Source: Chiloscyllium plagiosum
Lineage: Eukaryota
Direction of reading: 5' to 3'
Assembly (NCBI RefSeq): GCF_004010195.1
Contig: NC_057717.1
Coordinates: 104,598,937-104,662,936 of the forward strand
Length of the DNA stretch: 64,000 bases
The notes under the pieces were generated by a model that saw only the letters and a program-made list of their open reading frames with translations, did no database searches and was not told the DNA's origin. Of the stretch, positions 11,590 to 23,829 are shown in pieces. Position 1 is the stretch's first letter. Every line of letters begins with the position of its first letter. The translations under genes and the position numbers were made by a program.

Positions 11590-12020
11590 TAAAGTTGTGG
11601 GTCTGTTGTGGCACATTAATAACAGCTTTACTTTTCAGTCTCTGAGTTCAAATCCCACTTCAGGACCCGAGCAGCACAATTGAGCTGACGGGATGGTGTG
11701 GTAACAGTGAGGCCTGAGAGATGTCTTGAGGAAAGATTAAACTGGGCCCCATCTGCTCTAAAGGATGTGAAAAAGTCCGATGGTCCTATTTGGAAGGGCA
11801 GTGGGCAGTTAGTCCTGACATCCTGGCCAGTACACATCCCTCAGTCACAAAAACAAATTACCTGATCATTCATACCCCGCTACTAATGGGATCTTGCTGT
11901 GCACAGAATTGGCTGCCCTGTTTCCTGAATAGACGCTGCACTTCAAAAGTACATCATTAGCTGTAACGTGCTTAGTGTGGTCGTGAACAGGGCTATATCA
12001 ATGCAGATATTTATTTTGCT
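11590..12020 (+). mobile_element. DeuSINE-like (SacSINE/AmnSINE-related) SINE, decayed
   Basis: tRNA-like head (gagttcaaatcccact) and tail gggatcttgctgtgcacagaattggctgcc...cacttcaaaagtacatcattagctgtaa...gctatatcaatgca. The family name is from recall. Confidence 0.6.
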
Positions 12021-12195
12021 TTTTGTGAGAGATATCGATATTTGTGTTTAGTAAAGGTTTATAACAGACACCACGCTGTGAAGTGAGTCACAGTGAATTT
12101 TCATGATGGCAGGAAATCTGTCAGGACCTGCCCAGCCTGTTCAGAAACTTCCTGTCCACACCCAGCAATCTGGCAGATTTGACAGGATAATCTCC

Positions 12196-12230
12196 GTGTG
12201 TGTGTGTCTGTGTGTGTGTGTGTCTGTGTG

Positions 12231-12268
<38 letters not shown>

Positions 12269-12307
12269 TGTGGGTGTGTGTGTGTCTGTGTGTCTGTGTG
12301 TGTGTGT
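12196..12307. repeat. (TG)n microsatellite, imperfect
   Basis: Seen directly. A second, degenerate TG tract lies at ~13274-13460. Confidence 0.95.
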
Positions 12308-12469
12308 TTTGACACAGAGGTAAATGGAGGCCAAGTTACTGATGTATATAAGAAAGAAATAGATAGGTTCTTGATTAGTAAAGGAGATCAAGGATTATGG
12401 GGAGAAGATAGGGGAATGACATTGAGGAACAATCAGCTGTGATCGAATAGTAGACTCAATGGGTCAAAT

Positions 12470-13233
12470 AGGAGAAAGTGAGGATTGCAGATGCTGGAGA
12501 TCAGAGCTGAAAATGTGTTGCTGGAAAAGTGCAGCAGGTCAGGCAGCATCCAAGGAGCAGGAGAATCGACGTTTCGGGCATGAGCCCTTCTTCAGGAATG
12601 AGGAGAGTGTGCCAAGCAGGCTAAGATAAAAGGAAGGGAGGAGGGACTTGGGGGAGGGGCGTTGGAAATGCGATAGGTGGAAGGAGGTTAAGGTGAGGGT
12701 GATAGGCTGGAGTGGAGGTGGGGGCGGAGAGGTCAGGAAGAAGATTGCAGGTTAGGAAGGTGGTGCTGAGTTCAAGGATTGGGACTGAGACAAGGTGGGG
12801 GGAGGGGAAATGAGGAAACTGGAGAAATCTGAGTTCATCCCTTGTGATTGGAGGGTTCCTAGGCGGAAGATGAGGCGCTCTTCCTCCAGCCGTCGTGTTG
12901 CTATGGTCTGGCGATGGAGGAGTCCAAGGACCTGCATGCCCTTGGTGTAGTGGGAGGGGGAGGGAGGTGTTCTCTGAAACGTTCTGCAAGTAGGCGGCCT
13001 GTCTCCCCAATATAGAGGAGGCCACATCGGGTGCAGCGGATGCAGTAAATGATGTGTGTGGAGGTGCAGGTAAATTTGTGGCGGATATGGAAGGATCCCT
13101 TGGGGCCTTGGAGGGAAGCAAAGGGGCCCTTCTCCTCATTCCTGAAGAAGGGCTCATGCCCAAAACGTCGATTCTCCTACTCCTTGGATGCTGCCTGACT
13201 TGCTGCGCTTTTCCAGCAACACATTTTCAGCTC
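12470..13233 (-). mobile_element. 5'-truncated Penelope-like retroelement: inverted pseudo-LTR, GIY-YIG endonuclease remnant and 3' pseudo-LTR with hammerhead
   Basis: Arms 12505-12605 and 13131-13233 are inverted repeats. The interior minus strand encodes ...MQVLGLLHRQTIATRRLEEERLIFRLGTLQSQGMNSDFSSF, a PLE C-terminus. An intact CTGAAGA...GAAACGTC core lies on minus at ~12568-12595. TSD CTCAATGGGTCAAAT at 12455-12469 and 13231-13245. Confidence 0.9.
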
Positions 13234-13461
13234 AATGGGTCAAATGCCCTATATCTGTTCCTATATCTTATGGTGTCTGTGTGTGGACCTGTATGATCAT
13301 GTGTGTGTGTATGTATGAGGTTGTATGTAACTGTGTGTGTGTCTGTGCTCATGTGTCTATGTGTATCTATGTGCTTGTGTCTGTGTCTATGTGTGGTTCT
13401 GTTTATGTGTGTGCATGTCTGTGCGTGTCCAGCTGTCCTTATGTATGTGTGTGTATCTGGT

Positions 13462-15080
13462 GTTGGAAGATTGGAAATTGGCTAATGTGGTGTCATTTAA
13501 GAAAGGCTGTAAGGAAAAGCCAGAGGGAACTATAGACCAGGTGAGCCTGACATCAGTGTTGGGTAAGTTGTTGGATGGGATCCTGAGGGACAGGATTTAA
13601 ATGTATTTGGAGATAAAGGACTGATTAGGGATGGTTAACATGGCTTCATGCATGGGACATCATGTCTCACTAATTTGATTAAGTATTTTTGAGGAGATGA
13701 CAAAGAATATTGATGAAGGCAGAGTAGTAGATGTTGTCTGTATGGACCTTAGTAAAGCATTTGACATAGTTCCTCATGGAACACCAGTTATTAGGTTAGA
13801 TCAGATGCGATCCAAGGAGAGCTAGCCAATTGGATACAAAACTGGCTTGAAGGTAGGAGACAGAGGGTGGTGGTAGAGGATTGCTTTTTGCACTGAGACC
13901 TGTGAGGAGCAGTGTGCTGCATGGATCGGTGCTGGGTCCACTACTTGTCATGATTTATATAAATGATTTGGATGTGAAAATGGGAGGAATGGTTAGTAAT
14001 TTTGCAGATGACACCAAAATTGGTGGTCAGGGAAGAAGATTATTTCAGAGTACAACAGGTCCTCGATTAAATGGGCCAAGGATTGGTAGATGGAGTTTAA
14101 TTCAGATAAATGTGAGGTGTTGCATTTTGATAAGGCAAATCAGGGCAGGACTTATACACTTCTTTGTAGAGCCCTGGGGAGTGTTACTGAACAAAGAGGT
14201 GCAGGTGCATGGTTCCTTGAAAGTGGAGTCACAGGTAGAGGGGCTGGTGAAGAAGGCATTTGGTATGCTTGTCTTCATTAGTCATAACATGTCCAAAGAT
14301 GTACAGTTTAAGTGGATTGGCCATGCTAAATTGTCCATAGTGTGCAGGTTAGATGGGTTAGCCATGGGAAAGGCTAATACAGGTATAGAATATGTCTGTG
14401 TTGGATGCTCTTTAGAGGATCAGTGTGGACTTGATAGGCTGAATGGCCTGCTACCACACTGTGGGGATTCTATGATTGAGTACAGGAGTTGGGAGGTCAT
14501 GTTGTGGCTGTACTGGACATTGGTTAGGCCACTGTTGGAATATTGCATGCAATTCTGGTCTCCTTTCTATCGGAAAGATGTGAAACTTGAAAGGGTTCAG
14601 AAAAGATTTACGAGGATGTTGCCAGGGTTGGAGGATCTGAGCTATAGGGAGAGGCTGAACAGGCTGGGGCTGTTTTCCCTGGACCATTGGAGGCTGAGGG
14701 GTGACCTTACAGAGGTCTATAAAATCATGAGGGGCATGGATAGGGTAAATAGACAAAGTCTTTTTCCTGGGGTGGTGGAGTCCAGAGCTAGAGGGAATAT
14801 GTTTAGGGTGAGAGGGGAAATATTTAAAGGGACCTAAGGGGTAAGCTTTTCACACAGAGGGGGGTGAGTGTATGGAATGAGCTGTCAGAGGAAGTGGTGG
14901 AGGCTGGTACAATTACAGCATTTAAAAGGCATCTGGGATGAGTATATGAATAGGAAGAGTTGAGAGGGATATAGGCCAAGTGCTGGCAAACGGGACTAGG
15001 TCAGACTGGAATGATTGGTCAGTGCGTATGAGTTGGACTGGCGGGTCTGTTTCCGTGTTGTCTGTCTGTCTGACTCTGTG
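13462..15080 (+). mobile_element. CR1/HER1 LINE RT region and 3' end, decayed, interrupted by an HE1 SINE piece (~14285-14475)
   Basis: Motifs EDWKLANVV, GSVLGPLL..IYINDLD, FADDTKIGG, RPLLEYCMQFWSP, LERVQKRFTRMLPGL, with several frameshifts. Confidence 0.9.
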
Positions 15081-15689
15081 TAGGGCCTCAGTTTGTTGTG
15101 TATATGCTTGTCTGTGTGTGTGTGTGTGTGTGTGTTTATGTATATCCCAGGCTCCTGGGTAAAACCAGCTGGGGACTGATTGACAGCTGAGCTGCAGAGG
15201 GAATGAGTACTTTGTCGTTATGGTAACACTCTGGTTCTCGATTCCCTGGCGGTCTCTGTCTCTGCATTGCCTCGAGGATCAGTGCCATCGATTGAGTGTT
15301 GACACTGTGCCAGATCCACAGACTCCTTCAACTGACTGCTGTCACAGAACTGCTCCATGCCAGCCTCCTTCTCGAATTGTTAGGATTGTGTCTGATGAAA
15401 AATCAGCCCCAGAAGAGATTAACACCGTGCATAGGAGTTGGTATTTAACAAAGGGTCTGCTGCAGTATATAGCACAACAGTAGCAGGTACAAGCTACGTC
15501 ACATATTCCAACCTCAACATAGAATCACTGTCCCGTGTTGTGTCTGGGTCATAATGCTGGGACTCTGCTAGCACATAGACAGTAGTGCCTCAAGACGATA
15601 TTGCACAGACAGCACGCTTTCAGGGACAAACTGGGGCTAGACAGTTAACTGGCTTTGATATGGAGAATGAAGTCAAATTGAAAGATCAT

Positions 15690-15897
15690 GCAGGAGCAAA
15701 TTACTGCAGATGATAGAATCGGAACTGAAAATGACAAATGCTGGAAATCACAGTGGGTCAGGCAGCATCCATGGAGAGAGAGCAAGCTAATGTATGCTCT
15801 GATGAAGAATTATCGGGACTCGAAATGTTAGCTTGCTCGTTCTCCATGGATGCTGCCTGACCCACTGTGATTTCCAGCATTTGTTGTTTTCAGTTCA
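15690..15897. mobile_element. Penelope-derived fold-back element with a degenerate hammerhead core
   Basis: Inverted arms gaactgaaaa...agcaagctaa (15722-15790) and ttagcttgct...ttttcagttc (15828-15896). Central CTGATGA (15799)...CGAAATGTTA. Confidence 0.75.
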
Positions 15898-16872
15898 TTT
15901 AAGGATCACCTTCCCGGCCTTCTCGCTTCCTGCCCTGACCAAGCTGGGATGCTGGTTACAAGGCTGACTGTGGCTGTGTGGACATTGATCAAACCTTTCT
16001 CCCCTCCTTTGGAGTAGGCACCCTGTTACCATGGTGATTCCGAGGCGTTGTCAATTTAGCTCAGGTTATTCCTCAAGGTTCTGTTCTCACGGCGCCATGG
16101 TAATGTCCCTACCTCTGGGACAGGAGAGCCAGGTTCAAAAGTCCCATCTGCTTCAGACATGTATCATGTCTGAATCGGGTTGATTTGAAAGATCTCCATC
16201 ATGATTCCAGCTGATGTTCTGCCTCCAAGGTCAAACAGCCCGGTCTCCACACTGCCATCAATCAAAAGCAAATTGTTAAGTCATTGGAGACACTGCTGGG
16301 TTTCCTAGAACTGTACTCAGAGAAGCTGGGACTGGTGCCTTTAGGGAGCAGATATCATTGAACCAACCCATTCAGATATGTTCTGACACACCTCTGGAGC
16401 AGATGGCCTCCTGTCTCAGAGGTGGGACCACTGCCACCGCAGCATAAGGACCTTTCTTTAGGACTGCAGAGGGGAAGAGGAAAATTAATATAGTTGTTCC
16501 AAATTACACAGCTGTCTCGATACATCAGCTGGTGAGAGGACACACACAGAAGGCGACAGGTTGGAGCTGTGATCGACAGTGAGATGATGCGATCTGGAAT
16601 CCCTCCCAATGGAGCGATGGAAGTCAGTTGCTCTTCAAAAGAAACTGGATAAAGAGCTGATGAAGAACAAAATTGCTGGATTCTGGGGAAAGAACAAGGA
16701 AGGCTGGAGCAAAATTGAATGATGCTCAGGGAGTGAGACAATGGGCTGAATGGCCTTTCTCCGCAAGCTGAAGGAAAGGCAGAATTATTTCATTTCCCCT
16801 CTTCTACCAGGAGACACGTGGAGTTTCAATCCTGTGCTCAGTAGGATTATCTGCAGGGTTCACCTTGTTTTA

Positions 16873-17165
16873 AGTGGCATGGTGGCTCAGTGGTTAGCAC
16901 TTCTGCCTCACAGTGCCAGGGACCCAGGTTCAATTCCAGCATCAGGCAACTGTCTGTGTGGAGTTTGCACATTCTCCCCATGTTTGCTCCAGTTTCCTCC
17001 CACAGTCCAAGGATATGCAGGTCTGGTGAATTGGCCATGCTAAATTGCCCATAGTGTTAGGTGCATTAGTCAGAGGGGAATGGATCTGGGTGGGTTACTC
17101 TTCAGAGGGTCGGCATGGATTTGTTGGGCCGAAGGGCCTGTTTCCACACTGTAGGGGAATCTAAT
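16873..17165 (+). mobile_element. HE1/V-SINE, near full length
   Basis: Head gtggcatggtggctcagtggttagcact (A box), ggttcaattcc (B box), and CR1-derived tail gggcctgtttccacactgtaggg. Confidence 0.85.
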
Positions 17166-17694
17166 CTTAAAACTTTAACCTACCCTGAACCAGGTGAAAC
17201 TGATTCACTTAAAGGGAATGTGAAGTCTGAAGGAGAATGGACTCCTATGGTGTGGAGGTAATGTCCCTACCCCTAGACTAGGAAGCCTGGCTTCTAGTCC
17301 CCCTGCTCCAAGGTTGTGAAATAACCTCTGCAGTGTCCACATTCCCATTAAGCAAATCACTTTCACCTGCTTCAGGGTAAGATGAAGATTAAACCCAGCA
17401 GTCACAGAACCAGCAATGGGACCATGTGTTAACTATTTCATCTCTCACTTTCCATTTTTATAAAATATCTTTGGTTCAGTTAAAGGGGAGACCTGGAGCA
17501 GCTAAAACAGACTAATTAGAAAAACGTGTGAGTAACCTGGTTTAAAATAACTTTGAGACAAATTACACTGAACTGTGTCAGTGGTGTACATTGGTCAGTG
17601 ACTAGGTTTTGATTTTAAATAATTGTTAAAGGTCTCTGTAAGAGCCCATGTCCAATTCAGGGGCTTCCAGCTAAGTCAGCATAATCTTACCTCC

Positions 17695-18441
17695 GGGGAG
17701 CAGATGCACTGTTGCTTGAAACTAGAGCTGCAGGTGGACAGGGTGGTGAAGAAGGTGTTTAGGGCACTTACCTTCATTGGTCAGAGCATTAAGTTTAGGG
17801 GTTGGGATATAAGGTTGCGGCTGTCCAGGGCACTAGTGTTTTTCTCAGTTTTTTACGCCAATCTAAGGTTTATTGTTCCAGAATCAGGCCCCATCCATTA
17901 ACGTAGTCACAGTGTACAATTCTGGTTGCCCTTCTACCGGAAAGGTGTTGTTAAATTTGAGAGGTTGCAGAAAAGATTGACAAGGATGTTGCCAGGGTTG
18001 GAAGGTTTGATCTGTAGGGAGAGGCTGAATAGACTGGGGCTGTTTTCCCCGGAGCATTGGAGGCTGAGGGGTGACCTTATAAACCTGTTCATAAAATCAT
18101 GAGGGGCATGAATAGGGCAGATAGACAAGGTCTTACCCCAGGGTGGGGAAGTCCAGAACGAGAGGGCATTGGTTTAAGGTGAGAGGGGAAAGATTTAAAA
18201 GGGACCTAAGGGGTAACTTCTTTCACACAGAGGGTGGTACACATATAGGACAAGCTGCCAGAGGAAGTGGTGGAGGCTAGTACAATGACAACATTGGATG
18301 GGTATATGAATAGGAAGGGGTTAGAGGAAGATGGGCCAAATGCTGGCAAATGGGACAGGATTAGATTGGGACATTTGGTTGGCGGGGATAAATTGGACTG
18401 AAGGGTCTGTTTCCATGCTACGCAGCTCTACGACTATGACT
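17695..18441 (+). mobile_element. CR1/HER1 LINE 3' fragment containing a 79-bp foreign inverted insertion
   Basis: Colinear with the other CR1 3' copies except for 17836-17914. Confidence 0.85.
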
Positions 18442-18616
18442 CAACGGTTAGACCTGCACTGTGACTACGTTAATGGATGGGGCCTGATTCTGGAACAATA
18501 AACCTTAGATTGGTGTAAAAAACTGAGAAAAACACGTGTGTGAGGGATTCGGAGCAAAAAACAGAACTTACATTCATGTAGTGCCTTCCATGACCTCCAG
18601 ACATCTTAAAGAACTT

Positions 18617-18736
18617 GGGAAAAGTGAGGACTGCAGATGCTGGAAACCAGAGTTCTGATCAGAGTGGTGCTGGAAAAATACAGCAGGTCAGGCAGCGTCC
18701 GAGGGAGCAGGAAAATCGACGTTTCGGGCTAGGTCC
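18617..18736 (-). mobile_element. Single Penelope pseudo-LTR arm, truncated within hammerhead stem II
   Basis: ggaaaagtgaggactgcagatgctgg...aaaatcgacgtttcgggc. TSD TAAAGAACTT at 18607-18616 and 18737-18746. Confidence 0.8.
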
Positions 18737-18962
18737 TAAAGAACTTTACTTTGAAGTCTGATTGCTGTAATACAGGAAACATGTAGCCAATTTGTACACA
18801 GCAAGCTGCGTCAAACAGGAATGTGAAAACAGAGATCTTACTTTTTATTTAGAGGAGTAACTGTTAGTGGGGTCACTGGGAATAATCCCTATGTTCTGTT
18901 TTTCAAAATGGTGCTACATGGCGTTTTGGTGCAATCTTTCCCCCAAAAGACACGGGTTAGGT

Positions 18963-20855
18963 CAGTGCAATGCCCCCTCAGGGTGGGACGGTGCAGCGCC
19001 TCCTCAGGGTGGGACGGAGCAGTACCCCCTCAGGGTGGGACGGTGCAGCGCCTCCTCAGGGTGGGACGGTGCAGCGCCCCCTCAGGGTGGGAGGGTGCAG
19101 CGCCCCCTCAGGGTGGGACGGTGCAGCGCCCCCTCAGGGTGGGAGGGTGCAATGCCCCCTCAGGGTGGGACGGTGCAGCGCCTCCTCAGGGTGGGACGGT
19201 GCAGCGCCTCCTCAGGGTGGGAGGGTGCAGCGCCCCCTCAGGGTGGGACGGTGCAGCGCCTCCTCAGGGTGGGACGGAGCAGTACCCCCTCAGGGTGGGA
19301 CGGAGCAGCACCCCCTCAGGTGTGGGAAGGTGCAGTGCCCCCTCAGGGTGGGAGGGTGCAGCGCCCCCTCAGGGTGGGAGGGTGCAACGTCCCCTCAGGG
19401 TGGGAGGGTGCAGCGCCTCCTCAGGGTGGGACGGAGCAGTACCCCCTCAGGGTGGGACGGTGCAGCGCCCCCTCAGGGTGGGATGGTGCAGCGCCTCCTC
19501 AGGGTGGGACGGTGCAGCGCCTCCTCAGGGTGGGACGGAGCAGTACCCCCTCAGGGTGGGAGGGTGCAACGTCCCCTCAGGGTGGGATGGTGCAGCACCC
19601 CCTCAGGGTGGGAGGGTGCAGCGCCCCCTCAGGGTGGGAGGGTGCAGCGCCCCCTCAGGGTGGGACGGTGCAACGTCCCCTCAGGGTGGGACGGTGCAGC
19701 GCCCCCTCAGGGTGGGAGGGTGCAGCGCCCCCTCAGGGTGGGAGGGTGCAGCACCCCCTCAGGGTGGGAGGGTGCAGCGCCCCCTCAGGGTGGGACGGTG
19801 CAGCGCCCCCTCAGGGTGGGACGGTGCAACGACCTCTCAGGATGGGAGGGTGCAGCGCCCCCTCAGGGTGGGATGGTACAGTGCCCCCTCAGGGTGGGAG
19901 GGTGCAACGCCCCCTCAGGGTGGGATGGTGCAGCGCCCCCTCAGGGTGGGACGGTGCAGCGCCCCCTCAGGGTGGGAGGGTGCAGCGCCCCCTCAGGGTG
20001 GGAGGGTGCAGCGCCCCCTCAGGGTGGGAGGGTGCAGCGCCCCCTCAGGGTGGGAGGGTGCAGCGCCCCCTCAGAGTGGGAGGGTGCAACGCCCCCTCAG
20101 GGTGGGATGGTGCAGCGCCCCCTCAGGGTGGGACGGTGCAGCGCCCCCTCAGGGTGGGAGGGTGCAGCGCCCCCTCAGGGTGGGAGGGTGCAGCGCCCCC
20201 TCAGAGTGGGAGGGTGCAGCGCCCCCTCAGGGTGGGATGGTGCAGCGCCCCCTCATGGTGGAATGGTGCAGCGCCCCCTCATGGTGGAATGGTGCAGTGC
20301 CATCTCAGAGTGGGAGGGTGCAGCGCCCCCTCAGGGTGGGAGGGTGCAGCACCCCCTCAGGGTGGGAGGGTGCAGCACCCCCTCAGGGTGGGTCGGTGCA
20401 GTGCCCCCTCAGGGTGGGATGGAGCAGCGCCCCCTCAGGTGTGGGAACGTGCCGTGGCCCCTCAGGGTGGGAGGGTGTAGCGCCCCCTCCGGGTGGGTCA
20501 GTGCAGCACCCCCTCAGGGTGGGAGGGTGCAGCGCCCCCTCAGGGTGGGACAGTACAGCACTCCCTCAGGGTGGGACGGAGCAGCACCCCCTCAGGTGTG
20601 GGAAGGTGCAGTGGCCCCTCAGGGTGGGAGGGTGCAGCGCCCCCTCAGGGTGGGATGGTGCAGCGCCCCCTCAGGGTGGTACTGTGCAGCGCCCCCTCAG
20701 GGTGGGACTGTGCAGCGCCCCCTCAGGGTGGGATGGTGCAGCGCCCCCTCAGGGTGGGACGGTGCAGTGCCCCCTCAGGGTGGGTCGGTGCAGTGCACCC
20801 TCAGGGTGGGAGATTGCAGCGCCCCCTCAGGGTGGGAGGTTGCAGCGCTCCCTGA
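18963..20855. repeat. GC-rich minisatellite, 26-bp unit GGTGCAGCGCCCCCTCAGGGTGGGA(C/G/T), roughly 70-73 copies
   Basis: Seen directly. The ORF track shows a 26-aa period, equal to 3 units. Confidence 0.97.
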
Positions 20856-21041
20856 GTCTGGGAAAGTCAGCATGGAGTGTTGTGTCTGAAGTTGGACTTG
20901 AAACTGAAACTTTGAGAGTCAGAGGTAAGTGGTACCAATTGAGGCCACTAATGTTGTCCATTCATCCTGATGGCAAAAAGCAAGGCAAATCCTCTTCCCC
21001 ACTGATGTTCCATTTAGAATTCCCTACACTCTTCCAACAAA

Positions 21042-21340
21042 GGTGGCACAGTGGCTCACAGCGCCAGAGACCTGGGTTCAGTTCCCAACTCGGGCAACTA
21101 TCTGTGTGGAGTTTGCACGTATTCCCCGTGTCTGTGTGGGTTCCCTCCTCACTTTCTCCTTTCCTTCTACAGTCCAAAGATGTGCAGGTCAGGTGAATTG
21201 GCCATGCTAAATTGCCCATAGTGTTAGGTGCATCATTCAGGGATGAATGTAGTGGAATGGGTCTGGGTGGGTTGCTCTCTGGAGGGTCGGTGTGACTTGT
21301 TGGGCCGAAGGGTCTGTTTCCACACTGTAGGGAATCTATT
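21042..21340 (+). mobile_element. HE1/V-SINE
   Basis: Same consensus as 16873-17165, with a small deletion in the head. Confidence 0.85.
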
Positions 21341-21479
21341 CAAGTATTGAATTATATTTTGGACTGTTTTTGTATTCTCTTTTTCTAACTTCCCCCCTCA
21401 ATCCTGGTCCAATCCACTCCACCCCCCATTGTTCCAGTATTGTTAATTACTTTGTTAAAAAAGACTTGAACTGGATTAA

Positions 21480-22130
21480 GACAAAGGGACCTTGGAGTAC
21501 AGGTTCATAGTTCCATGAAAGTGGAGTCACAGGTAGACAGGACAGTGATGAAGGTGATTGGTCAGTGCATTGAGTGTAGGAGTTGGGAGGTCATGTTACA
21601 CTGTACAGGACATTGATTAGGCCACTTTTAGAATACTGATCTTCCTGCTATAGGAAAGGTGTTGTTAAACTTTAAAGCATTCAGAGAAGGTTTGCAAGGA
21701 TGTTGCCAGGGTTGGAGGGTTTGAGCTATAGGGAGAGGCTGAATAGACCGGGGCTGTCTTCCCTTGAGCATTGGAGGCTGAGGGGTGACTTAAGAAGTGT
21801 AATATCATGAGGGGCATGGTCAAGGTCTTTTCCCTGGGGTAGGGGAGTCCAGAACTAGAGGGCATAGGTTTAGGGTGAGAAGGGAAAGATATAAAAGGGA
21901 CCTAAGGGGCAGAGGGTGGTACGTGTATGGAATGAGCTGCCAGTGGAAGTAGTGGAGGCTGGTACAATTGCAACATTTAAAAGGCATCTGGATGGGTAAA
22001 TAAATAGGAAGGGTTTAGAGGGATGTGGGCCAAATGCTTGCAACTGAGTCTAGATTAATTTAGGATATCTGGTCGGCATGGATGAGTTGAACTGAAGGGT
22101 CTGTTCCATGCTGTACATCTCTGACTCTTA
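21480..22130 (+). mobile_element. CR1/HER1 LINE 3' fragment
   Basis: Colinear with 14200-15070 and 1-330, with small deletions. Confidence 0.88.
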
Positions 22131-23829
22131 AAAATCAGCACCTTATTAATTCAAGCTTCTGTCAGTCAGGCCCATGCAATCATTAGTATCCACACATGGA
22201 CAGCAATGAAGAACTGTGTCATCAATGTCCCTGCAGGTGCTGGCTCCACAATTCTGTGATCAATTACAGAGTTTCCACATGCTGCTTGTCAATAAATGGA
22301 AGGAGATTGTGTATAGTTTATGGGCAAGTCAGCTGTAGTCGTTCCACCCCCCCCACCCTTCCTCAGCGAGCTGGGTGTTACCTCAAACTTCCTGTTCAGT
22401 TAATGCTTCCCTTATACTGCATGAGGCAGGGCCGGATCTGAAAGCAGACCATGTGGGCAGCTGTGCTTTCACTGCTATGGCTCTTCAATGAAGGGAAACC
22501 AGTGCTTGGGTGTAAGAGAGAGACAGCCCTCTGTATCTGCAGCATCTGCCCTGACCTGGGATGTCCCAAAGCAAGTTACAGCTGATGAAGCACCTTTCTG
22601 CTTTGACGTGGAGTCACTGTTGTTGTGTAGGAACTGTGGTAGTGAACTATTGCAAAGCAGCTCCCCAAAAGGGCTGATTCCCTTAACTCTGAAAGATAGC
22701 ATGTACTTGGCAGCGCAGCACTCACTCACTCCGTCATTAAAGGTGGATTTCTGGGCTCACATTTCTAGAGTGGAATTTTAGCAGACAACCTGCCCCTGAC
22801 GGAGTCACTGCTGTTTACTTGTTCATTGACAGGATGTGGGTGTTGCTGGCTGGGCCCAGCATTTCTTGCTTACTCCTGGCCTGCCCTGGGGAAGGAGAGT
22901 GGGTGAACTGCCTTCTTGAACCGTGGGTGGGCCACGGTTCACGTGTTCCAGAGAGAATCCCAGGATTTCAGTTGAGGTTAAGAGCCGGATATTCACTTCT
23001 TTTTTGAGTTGGAAGTAAACGCTTTCTTTCTGAAATTTGTTTTTCTTTTCTCTCTGTTTAATTTTCGTTCTTATAGCGTTCAGTGAATGAACTGAACACA
23101 ATCAGGAATGACTTTTATTCCTGTTGCAAGAAATCTAGGAAATGCTACGTCAGTCTTCCTTGACTATTGCTCTATATTTACTAAGGCAAAAACATCTTGC
23201 TAGAGAATTGGCACCACGTTTTATTGTGAATATCTTTGTCCCAGGAACTCATATCAATGGGAGTCCTCACTTTTCCTTTACTCCAGCTCTCTGCATCTTC
23301 TCAGCCACTTGCACACTTCGTGGGATCTTACCCTGCAGATATCAGGCATGGACTACAGTGCATTGCACAGAAAACCCTGACTATTGTGATCTGTGGACTG
23401 GAAAATGCACGATCCGTCACAGAGAAGCAGAAAACAGAGATAGTGGGAATTATGACCTTCCTTGCTGTATTCACTCTCAAATGGCAGTCCCTTGGTTTCA
23501 CTGTCCTGGGACCTGACAGTCCTCTGACCTTCTGCCGTGTAAGTGTTAGGCCATTACCTGTGGACTGAGTGTGTTACAGAGCAAAGCTGTATTGATGTAG
23601 AGCTTCTCACAGACAGTACAGTGTAGTCACTGTCATATGTCCAACAACAGCAGCCAAGCCAAAACCTGATAAATTAACTGAGAATTCTGTTCCTGTGGAG
23701 AGAACACATTACTGTATAATGCTGGGACATTGGGTGAAAATCCTTTCCAAAAGTCAAACCAAGGAGTAATGTCCTTTTTAAAAAAAAACTGCTTGGCAAT
23801 CTTTGTATTTCAAATAAGACATCATATTC

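Noticed and set aside
13881..14837. 318-aa ORF as an intact RT gene
   Set aside because: Chimeric read-through of frameshifted CR1 sequence and an inserted SINE.
16873..16945. tRNA-like A/B boxes here and at 6272, 21042 and 27983
   Set aside because: These are heads of tRNA-derived SINEs, not tRNA genes: no full cloverleaf, and they continue into SINE body.
18867..21196. Three overlapping long ORFs (537, 762 and 639 aa)
   Set aside because: Artefacts of a 26-bp unit with no plus-strand stop codon. All three frames give the same cyclic peptide, with no sign of a gene structure.
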